Assembly: GCA_002354005.1 (NCBI GenBank)
Contig: DEKS01000148.1
Coordinates: 1 to 40,661 of the forward strand
Reading direction: 5' to 3'
DNA length: 40,661 nucleotides
Source: Bacteroidales bacterium UBA2716
GTDB taxonomy: Bacteria; Bacteroidota; Bacteroidia; Bacteroidales; UBA932
Position 1 is the first letter of the stretch. Every line of letters starts with the position of its first letter. Positions 1 to 6,620 of this stretch are shown here, piece after piece. The notes under the pieces were generated by a model. The model had not been told where the DNA came from, did not search any database, and was given only the letters and a program-made list of their open reading frames with translations. Position numbers and translations under genes: made by a program.

Positions 1-270
1 ATAGTGCTCCAGAGCCCAGAGCATATCCAAATCGTCTATTCCGACAATATGGGCTATCTTGCGCAAAAAGCGGAACAAACCACAGAACTCATTATAGTCG
101 ACACCAAGTTTTCTCAACGAATAAGCACAGTCAATTATACTTTGTGTACTGACGTAGAGTTCATAGGTGTCCGGTCCTGCCGATGACAGGATTGTCTTGG
201 CAAAAGGATTCCCTGTGCGGTTTTTATCGCACCAATCCATAATAATATTGGTATCTAAAAAAACTTTCAT
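1..270 (-). CDS. PIN-domain (VapC-like) toxin of a type II TA pair; partial, runs off the left edge
   Basis: Not in the ORF track. Manual translation from ATG at 270 is open to position 1: MKVFLDTNIIMDW...YVSTQSIIDCAYSLRK..., a typical PIN N-terminal motif (xxFLDTNI). Starts 2 nt after the antitoxin stop. Confidence 0.85.
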   Translation of the reverse strand, partial: MKVFLDTNIIMDWCDKNRTGNPFAKTILSSAGPDTYELYVSTQSIIDCAYSLRKLGVDYNEFCGLFRFLRKIAHIVGIDDLDMLWALEHY

Positions 271-272
271 AC

Positions 273-545
273 TTAGAGGCCTTTATTGTAGATGTATGCC
301 AGGCGGTCATCTGCTGCCAACTGTTCTTGTGTGGGAGTGGGCATTAACCCGGAAAAACGCGCGATATCCGGGTCAATCTTGAAATCTTTGGGAAGCTTGG
401 GAATACGTGGCTTGACAGCCTGTGTAACGACTTCCTCCAAATACGCATTCAGGGACATGTTTTTTTGTTTGGCCTTGAAGCGTGCACGGTTCAGAATATC
501 CTCCCTAAATCTGATTACGGTTTGTATTCTTGCAATCGTTTCCAT
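273..545 (-). CDS. Putative ribbon-helix-helix antitoxin (DUF6364-like)
   Basis: About 90 aa with an RHH-like pattern (TVIRFREDILNRARFKAKQKNMSLNAYLEEVV), directly upstream of the PIN gene. Start placed at ATG 545 (557 also possible) because the promoter overlaps the ORF-track start at 575. Confidence 0.75.
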   Translation of the reverse strand: METIARIQTVIRFREDILNRARFKAKQKNMSLNAYLEEVVTQAVKPRIPKLPKDFKIDPDIARFSGLMPTPTQEQLAADDRLAYIYNKGL

Positions 546-557
546 ATCAGCTATCAT

Positions 558-594
558 TTTTGCAAATGTAATCATATTTTTTGTATTTGCAAAA
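558..594 (-). promoter_or_regulatory. Bacteroidetes sigma-A promoter of the TA operon, overlapped by an inverted-repeat operator
   Basis: Minus strand reads TTTG (593-590), 19 nt, TACATTTG (570-563), matching the -33/-7 consensus. TTTTGCAAAT (558-567) and ATTTGCAAAA (585-594) are exact reverse complements. Confidence 0.75.
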
Positions 595-638
595 TAATGG
601 TGTGCGTGGAGGTAACATTTTGATACATATACTATTAC

Positions 639-674
639 AAAAAACGACTTATCCGGTCCGGGATAAGTCGTTTT
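639..674 (-). terminator. Intrinsic terminator of the ABC export operon
   Basis: Perfect 14-bp stem aaaacgacttatcc (641-654) / ggataagtcgtttt (661-674), 6-nt loop, T-run on the minus strand, 45 nt after the TolC-family stop. Confidence 0.85.
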
Positions 675-719
675 CCGTAATTTTCTGTTAATCAGTGCGT
701 TGTGCTTACGCTGAAAATT

Positions 720-2033
720 TTACAGTGTAAGCTCCCCGCCACGGTAAAACTCTACCAGGTGGGTCTGGAACAAGTACTCATAGGTGGCCTGGGCGGCGTC
801 GGACTGGCTCTTTACCAGGCGGTTGCGGGCTTCGTTGAATTCGGTGAATGTGGCTTTCCCGTTCTCATACTTGGCCTCCTGCAGCTCAAAGGCTGCCTGC
901 GCGGCTTCCTGGGCCTGACGGGCGCTTTCCCACTTGGCCTGTGCTGCTACAGCACCGTTCCACGCCTGGACAATCTCCTTGTACAGGTTGTTTTTCACCC
1001 GTTGCAGTTGGATTTCCTGGTTCACGCGGTTGAGCCGGGCGGTGCGCAGCTGGTTCCGGGCACTGAAGCGCGTGAACAGCGGCACGCTGAGCCGCAGGCC
1101 CACGTACTGGCTGAAGTTGTTGCTCAGTTGCTCCAGAAAGCCTGTCGTACTGGTACTGTAGTAGCTGGCGTTCAGGCCGCCGGAGAGGGAGATGGAGGGG
1201 AGGTGCTGGGCATGCGCAATCTGGATGGAGCGCATCGTCCCTTCCAGCCGCAGTTCTTCCGCGCGGATGGACGGCCGGATTTGCACGGCATCGGCAAAAA
1301 TGTCGTCCGGACTGCTCAGCAGCACTTGTTCCAGTTCAACTTGTGGCCGGTCGATGTGGAAGCCCTCCCACACGTGGAGGTCCAGCAGCTGCGCCAGGTC
1401 CAGCAGGGAACTGCGCACGTTGTTGGCCGCCTGCACCCAGGTGAGCCGGCTGGAGGCCTGCGAGGCCTTCTGCTGCGCCAAATCGGCCGCCGAGGCCTTC
1501 CCGTTGTCAAACATGCCCTGCAGGCGCGCTACCTGCAGGGAGTCAATCCGCAACTGCCGGCGCGCAACGCCCTCAATCTCATAGTTATACAGCACCTGCA
1601 CGTAGGCCTTGGCCACGGATACGCGGATGTCGTCACGGGCCTTCTCCAGGTCCTGGGTGGCGGCTTCCAGGTTCAGGCGGGCCAGCTGGATGCGGCGCGG
1701 TGTGGCCAGGCCGTCGAACAGCGGCATGCTGCTGCTCAGGCTGAAACCGGTATTGGAACTGTTGCCATACTCATAGGTGTTGAAGTCGCCCAGGCCGCGG
1801 CCAAAGTTCCAGTTCTGGCTCACGGAGCCGCTTGCGTCGGGCACCCAGGACCATTCAGCCGTGTTTTTGTCCACGGCGCTTTTCTCCCGGGTAATGCTTT
1901 GCGTGGCAACGGTAAGGTTGTGCTCCAACGCCCAGTCCATGCACTCCTGCAGCGTCCAGGGGTGGGAGAGGTCCGGAAGGGAATCCGTAGGCGCCTGCAT
2001 CAGCAGGGCCAGGGTAATGAGCAAGGTTTTCAT
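720..2033 (-). CDS. TolC-family outer-membrane efflux protein
   Basis: Signal peptide, WTLQECMDWALEHN, two OEP repeats (SMPLFDG; SVPLFTRF), KYENGKAT motif; last gene of the ABC operon. Confidence 0.92.
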   Translation of the reverse strand: MKTLLITLALLMQAPTDSLPDLSHPWTLQECMDWALEHNLTVATQSITREKSAVDKNTAEWSWVPDASGSVSQNWNFGRGLGDFNTYEYGNSSNTGFSLSSSMPLFDGLATPRRIQLARLNLEAATQDLEKARDDIRVSVAKAYVQVLYNYEIEGVARRQLRIDSLQVARLQGMFDNGKASAADLAQQKASQASSRLTWVQAANNVRSSLLDLAQLLDLHVWEGFHIDRPQVELEQVLLSSPDDIFADAVQIRPSIRAEELRLEGTMRSIQIAHAQHLPSISLSGGLNASYYSTSTTGFLEQLSNNFSQYVGLRLSVPLFTRFSARNQLRTARLNRVNQEIQLQRVKNNLYKEIVQAWNGAVAAQAKWESARQAQEAAQAAFELQEAKYENGKATFTEFNEARNRLVKSQSDAAQATYEYLFQTHLVEFYRGGELTL

Positions 2034-2036
2034 GGC

Positions 2037-3128
2037 TTACTTGGTAGTGATGATTTGCGGACCACGGACCACATCGTCCAAGGACAGGCCGTGCTTGATT
2101 TCAATGTTTACGCCATCCGAAAGGCCGGTTTCCACCTCCCGGCGCTCGTACTCCAGCCCGTTTTTCACGTACACGAACGTCTGCTCGCCCTCGTACTGGA
2201 TGGCGCTTTCCGGCAGGGTAATCACGTCACTGACTTCCTGGAGCACAATTTCCGCATTGGCGCTGTAGCCGCTGCGGATAGTGACATCGGCAGGGACTTT
2301 GACGGAAGCCTTGATCTCGAAGAGGTTGGTGCCGTTGTTTTCGGTGGCTTTGGGGGCGATGTATTCCAGCGCCGCATCAAAGGTCAGATCCTGCAGGGCA
2401 CCCACGGAAATGCGCACCGGCAGGCCCAGGTGCAGGCGGCCCACTTCGGTCTCGTCAATATTGCCGTCGAAGATGAGGTCGTTCATGTTGGCCACCGTGG
2501 CAATGGTGGTGCCGTCGTTGAAGGTGTTGGAGTTAATCACGGAGTTACCTACCTTCACCGGCACGTTCAGGATGAGGCCCGATATGGTGGAGCGGATGAG
2601 GGTGGTGCTCCCGGTTTTGTTGGACGATGACACGCCGTCGCGGATAATCTCCAGCGCTTCCTGGGCAATCGCGTGCTCCTCCTTCGCCTGCTTGAGCGAC
2701 TGGCGAATCTTTTCGTACTCGTCGGCGCTCACGAGCTTCTTGTCGTACAGGGCTTTCTCGCGGTCGTAGTTGGTCTGGGCCTGCTCCAGGTTCACCTCGC
2801 TCAGACGCACGCGGCTCTGGGCGCTGGCCAGCTGGTTCATGTCCGGAATTACCTTGAGCTTGGCAATGACCTCGTTTTGCTGCACGGTTTGGCCGGCCTC
2901 CTTGTAAATCTCGGCCACAATGCCGCTGATTTGCGGTTTCACGTTTACCTCGTCCCGCGGCTGGATTTTGCCCGTCACCACGGTGCTCTTGGAAATATTG
3001 CCCAGGACGGGGGTGAGCTCCTGGTAGTGGATTTCCTTGGGCTGGGAGCGCTTGAACAGGTAGCCGAAGGTGCCCACAAAAATGAGGGCCACCAGGACGA
3101 TCATCAGAATTTTTCCAAACTTTTTCAT
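2037..3128 (-). CDS. Periplasmic adaptor / membrane fusion protein (MacA/HlyD family)
   Basis: N-terminal TM anchor, lipoyl halves (VKPQISGIVAEI; IRSTISGLIL), coiled hairpin, C-terminal VETGLSDGVNIEIKHGL. Confidence 0.92.
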   Translation of the reverse strand: MKKFGKILMIVLVALIFVGTFGYLFKRSQPKEIHYQELTPVLGNISKSTVVTGKIQPRDEVNVKPQISGIVAEIYKEAGQTVQQNEVIAKLKVIPDMNQLASAQSRVRLSEVNLEQAQTNYDREKALYDKKLVSADEYEKIRQSLKQAKEEHAIAQEALEIIRDGVSSSNKTGSTTLIRSTISGLILNVPVKVGNSVINSNTFNDGTTIATVANMNDLIFDGNIDETEVGRLHLGLPVRISVGALQDLTFDAALEYIAPKATENNGTNLFEIKASVKVPADVTIRSGYSANAEIVLQEVSDVITLPESAIQYEGEQTFVYVKNGLEYERREVETGLSDGVNIEIKHGLSLDDVVRGPQIITTK

Positions 3129-3154
3129 ATCTATAAACTTTTATATTCTATCAT

Positions 3155-3184
3155 GAGATACGCTCGCTTCGCTCGGTATGACAG
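3155..3184 (-). repeat. Single REP-like palindromic element (CGTC/TGTC-tagged family)
   Basis: Minus strand CTGTCATACCGAGCGAAGCGAGCGTATCTC resembles the widespread GTCAT..GAGCGAAGCGAG..ATCT intergenic repeat; lies in the 58-nt gap between the permease and adaptor genes. Confidence 0.55.
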
Positions 3185-3186
3185 GA

Positions 3187-4440
3187 CTATTCGTCTCGCA
3201 TAGCGTCTACGGGTTTGATTTGCATGGCGCGGGAGGCGGGCATCAGGCCGGCCACCACGCCCAGCACGGTGAGCAGCGAGGCCGTGAGCACTGCCGTGCC
3301 GAAGGGCACCTGGAACGGCGCCTTCAGGATGCCGTCCGTGGTCATGCCCAGCTCCACCCCGTGCAGGATAAGGACGCTGAACACAATCCCGCCCATGCCG
3401 GCCACCAGCGTGAGCACGGTGCTCTCCGCAATAATCTGCCCCAGAATCTGGCGCGGCGTGGCGCCGATAGCCCGCCGGATGCCAATCTCCGTGGTGCGCT
3501 CCTTCACGCTCACCATCATAATGTTGGATACGCCAATCACGCCCGCCAGCAGGGTTCCCAGGCCGATGAGCCAAATCAGGAAATTGACGCCGTTGAACAG
3601 ATTGTTTATAATCCCGAAAATGAGCTGCGTATTCAGCAGGAACATGGCCTGCTCGTCCTCCGGATGGATGTAGTGCGCCCGGGCAATGATTTCCCGCACG
3701 CGCGGCGTAATGTCGTTCATGACGATACCCTCCTTGGCGGTGAAGCAAATCATGTGCACGGTATTGCCCATGTTGTAGGCCTTCCGCGCCAGGCTGATGG
3801 GAATGGTCACCGTCTCCGACGCGCTGCCGTTGATGTTGATGCCGTTGCCCTCGTGCCAGTCCACGCCCACCACGCTGTAATAGGTCCCATCCACCTTGAT
3901 CCGCTCGCCGCAAGGGTCGCCGCCTTCCGGAAACAACTCATTATACACTTTTTTGCCGATGACGCAGACCTTGCGCTCCTGGGCAATGTCGGCGTCGTTC
4001 AGATACCGCCCGTAGCGGAGCTGGGGCGTCTCGATGCGGGCATAGTCGGCCCGGTGGCCCTTGACCACGGCGGAGGACGATACGGTTTCTCCGCGCATGA
4101 CGCTCTTGCCCCACAGGCTCACGGACGGGGTCACGGTTTCCAGTTCCGGCACCAGGTGCTTCAGGCGGTCCACATCGTCATAATTCATGTTCCAGCTGCG
4201 GCCCTTCTTGAAGCCCTTGTACGGCTTGGAGGTGTTGCCGGCAAAGACAATACAGGTGTTCTGCGCAAAGCCGTCGAACTCATTCATGAGGATTTGCTTG
4301 AGGCCCTGCCCGCCGCCTATGAGCAGCATGAGCATGAAGATGCCCCAGAACACGCCGAAGCCGGTGAGGAGGCTCCTGCTGCGGTTGCGCAGGATGCTGT
4401 CCAGAATTTCCCGGAAGGTATCTGTATCAAACCATTTCAT
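3187..4440 (-). CDS. ABC transporter permease (MacB/FtsX family)
   Basis: RSLLTGFGVFWGI TM1, periplasmic core, GVSNIMMVSVKERTTEIGIRRAIGA and C-terminal IKPVDAMRDE motifs. Confidence 0.93.
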   Translation of the reverse strand: MKWFDTDTFREILDSILRNRSRSLLTGFGVFWGIFMLMLLIGGGQGLKQILMNEFDGFAQNTCIVFAGNTSKPYKGFKKGRSWNMNYDDVDRLKHLVPELETVTPSVSLWGKSVMRGETVSSSAVVKGHRADYARIETPQLRYGRYLNDADIAQERKVCVIGKKVYNELFPEGGDPCGERIKVDGTYYSVVGVDWHEGNGININGSASETVTIPISLARKAYNMGNTVHMICFTAKEGIVMNDITPRVREIIARAHYIHPEDEQAMFLLNTQLIFGIINNLFNGVNFLIWLIGLGTLLAGVIGVSNIMMVSVKERTTEIGIRRAIGATPRQILGQIIAESTVLTLVAGMGGIVFSVLILHGVELGMTTDGILKAPFQVPFGTAVLTASLLTVLGVVAGLMPASRAMQIKPVDAMRDE

Positions 4441-5699
4441 TCGGCACGCAACGCTTCAATGGGTTTCACACGGGCCGCTTTCCAGGCGGGGATAATCCCG
4501 GCCAGGGTACCGGCCACTACAAGCAGCAGGGTGGCTTCCAGGGCCACGTCCACGCCCACCGACGGGTTCACCAGCATTTTTATTTCTTCAAAGCCGATAT
4601 TCACGCCTTTCTGGCCCACCGTCTTGTCCAGAATCTCGCACGCCACCATGCCCAGGAACATGCCCACATAGCCGAAGAGGGCGGTGATGCTCACGCTCTC
4701 GGCAATGATGAGCTTGAGGATGGCGCCGGGTTTTGCGCCAATCGCTTTGCGGATGCCGAACTCGTGCGTGCGCTCTTTCACGGTGATGAGCATGATATTG
4801 GACACGCCCACGATGCCGCTCACCAGGGTAAGCAGGCCCAGAATCCACATGGCTATGCTGAGGATGCGGCTGGCGTTGGACATTTGCAGGTTTTGGATGT
4901 ATCCGTTCTGGAACCAGATGCCGCGCTCGTCGTCCGGAGCAATGCTGTGGCGGCGGCGGAGGGCATCGCCATATTCTTTTTCAAAGGCCTGGTGTTCTTC
5001 CAGCGTCTGCGGCCCTTCCACCGTGAAGGTGATGGACTCGATTTTGTCCGTAGGGTCGTAAATGGCCTTGTAGGTGGAGTAGGGGATGGGGCAGCTGCGG
5101 CGCCAGCTCTGCTCGTCGGTGTGGTAGATGCCCACCACGCGGAAGGCGATTTTTCCGGCGCTTACCCATTCGCCGATAAGGGCTTCCGGGTTCTTGGGAC
5201 TCAGTTCCTTAGCCTGCGCCAGGCTCAGCACCATCACCTTGCGGCGGGCGTCCATGTCTCCCTGGTCGATGTATCGGCCCGCGGCCATCTGCAGTTTTTC
5301 CTGTTCCAGGTGCTCCGGCATCTTGCCCTCCAGCCAGCCGTCCACGGTGCGGCTGCCCAGGCTCAGCGTGACGGAGGTGCCTGTGGTGGCGCTGATGACG
5401 TTGTGGATACGGCCTTCCCAGTCCTTGCCGCCGGTGTAGGCCAAGTCTTTGGTGTCAAGTTGGATACGGCGGTTTTCCTTATAGCCTGCATAGGGCTTGG
5501 AGGTGCGCCAGCCTTGCACGGAAATGCTCTGGCTCACAAACTGGTCCATGTTGCCCATGAAGGAGTTCATGAGGCCGTTGCCGGCGCCCAGCAGCGCAAT
5601 GAGGAGGAAAATGCCCCAGCTCACCGCAAAGCCCGTGAGGGCCGTACGGAGCTTGTTCTGCCGCAGGGAACAGCCTATTTCGTGAAAAAGTTCGCGCAT
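4437..5699 (-). CDS. ABC transporter permease (MacB/FtsX family)
   Basis: RTALTGFAVSWGI, GVSNIMLITVKERTHEFGIRKAIGA, VKPIEALRAE; 4-nt overlap with the next permease. Confidence 0.93.
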   Translation of the reverse strand: MRELFHEIGCSLRQNKLRTALTGFAVSWGIFLLIALLGAGNGLMNSFMGNMDQFVSQSISVQGWRTSKPYAGYKENRRIQLDTKDLAYTGGKDWEGRIHNVISATTGTSVTLSLGSRTVDGWLEGKMPEHLEQEKLQMAAGRYIDQGDMDARRKVMVLSLAQAKELSPKNPEALIGEWVSAGKIAFRVVGIYHTDEQSWRRSCPIPYSTYKAIYDPTDKIESITFTVEGPQTLEEHQAFEKEYGDALRRRHSIAPDDERGIWFQNGYIQNLQMSNASRILSIAMWILGLLTLVSGIVGVSNIMLITVKERTHEFGIRKAIGAKPGAILKLIIAESVSITALFGYVGMFLGMVACEILDKTVGQKGVNIGFEEIKMLVNPSVGVDVALEATLLLVVAGTLAGIIPAWKAARVKPIEALRAE

Positions 5700-6415
5700 T
5701 ATTTCATTGCCGACCCTTGCCAGGCTTCATGTTTGGTGTTCTCTTCAATCTTGCCAATGAGTCCGTCCTTGATGTGGATAATCTTGTTGGTCTCGTTGGC
5801 AACGCCGCCTTCGTGCGTGACGACTATAATGGTAATGCCGTCCTCCTTGTTCAGCTGCTTGAGGAGCTGCATCACTTCTACGCTGGTTTTGGAATCCAGG
5901 GCGCCGGTGGGTTCATCGGCCAGGATAATCTGCGGCCGGGTAATGAGGGCGCGGGCAATGGCCACACGCTGCTTCTGGCCGCCGGACATCTCGTTGGGGA
6001 AGTGCTGGGCCCAGGGGGTGAGGCCCATCTTGTCCAGGTATTCCATGGCCAGTTCGTGGCGCTTTTTGCGGGGGACGCCCTGGTAGTAAAGCGGCAGTTC
6101 AACATTCTCTACGGCCGTTTTGAAGCCAATGAGATTGAAGCTCTGGAAGATGAACCCGATCAGGCGGTTGCGGTAGTCCGCCGCCTGTTTCTCGCTCAGG
6201 TTCTTGATGAGTTTGCCGTCCAGCATATAGGTGCCCGTGTCGTAGTTGTCCAGGATGCCCAGGATATTGAGGAGGGTACTTTTTCCGGAGCCGGAAGCGC
6301 CCATAATGGAAATGAATTCCCCCCGCTCAATGTGCAGGTCGATGCCCTTCAGGACATGCAGGGGCTGTCCGTTGTTGTAGGTTTTGTTGATATCGCTGAG
6401 TTCGATGAGCGCCAT
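5699..6415 (-). CDS. ABC transporter ATP-binding protein (MacB/LolD-like)
   Basis: Walker A GASGSGKST, signature MSGGQKQRV, Walker B IILADEPTGALD, H-loop VVTHE. Confidence 0.95.
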   Translation of the reverse strand: MALIELSDINKTYNNGQPLHVLKGIDLHIERGEFISIMGASGSGKSTLLNILGILDNYDTGTYMLDGKLIKNLSEKQAADYRNRLIGFIFQSFNLIGFKTAVENVELPLYYQGVPRKKRHELAMEYLDKMGLTPWAQHFPNEMSGGQKQRVAIARALITRPQIILADEPTGALDSKTSVEVMQLLKQLNKEDGITIIVVTHEGGVANETNKIIHIKDGLIGKIEENTKHEAWQGSAMK

Positions 6416-6444
6416 TTCTGCTGTATTAGTATGCTATTACACTG

Positions 6445-6476
6445 CAAATATACGAGGTAATTTTCTAACCACCAAA
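6445..6476 (-). promoter_or_regulatory. Sigma-A promoter of the ABC export operon
   Basis: Minus strand TTTG (6476-6473), 20 nt, TATATTTG (6452-6445), about 30 nt upstream of the ATPase start. Confidence 0.75.
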
Positions 6477-6530
6477 TATTTTTGCAAAAATTATGCTATG
6501 GGACAGGAGGACACTCCCGGGACGCGCTGG

Positions 6531-6610
6531 GGGCACGATTCAGGCCTAAAAAGTAGCACTGGCGGACCTTTTGGCCCGCCAGTGGCACATTATCGGGGCA
6601 TAGCGTGCCC
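6531..6610. repeat. 80-bp imperfect palindrome; inner hairpin may terminate the left PUL arm
   Basis: 35-nt arms (6531-6565, 6576-6610) match at 24/35 positions by hand count. Inner stem cactggcgg/ccgccagtg is followed on the minus strand by CTACTTTTT. Confidence 0.6.
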
Positions 6611-6620
6611 GTGGATGCTC

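Noticed and set aside
558-594. Possible invertible (phase-variable) promoter
   Set aside because: The inverted repeats overlap the promoter boxes, enclose only 17 nt, and no recombinase is in the window; an operator is simpler.
702-2630. 642-aa plus-strand ORF, and similar ones at 3178-4671, 4764-6086, 6927-8513, 13409-15769, 17461-19443
   Set aside because: Antisense to well-supported minus-strand genes; composition typical of shadow frames.
720-6415. ABC export operon as part of the PUL, or as a macrolide-resistance determinant
   Set aside because: It has its own complete promoter, lacks the TTGGAC operator and is separated by a hairpin; substrate cannot be inferred from sequence.
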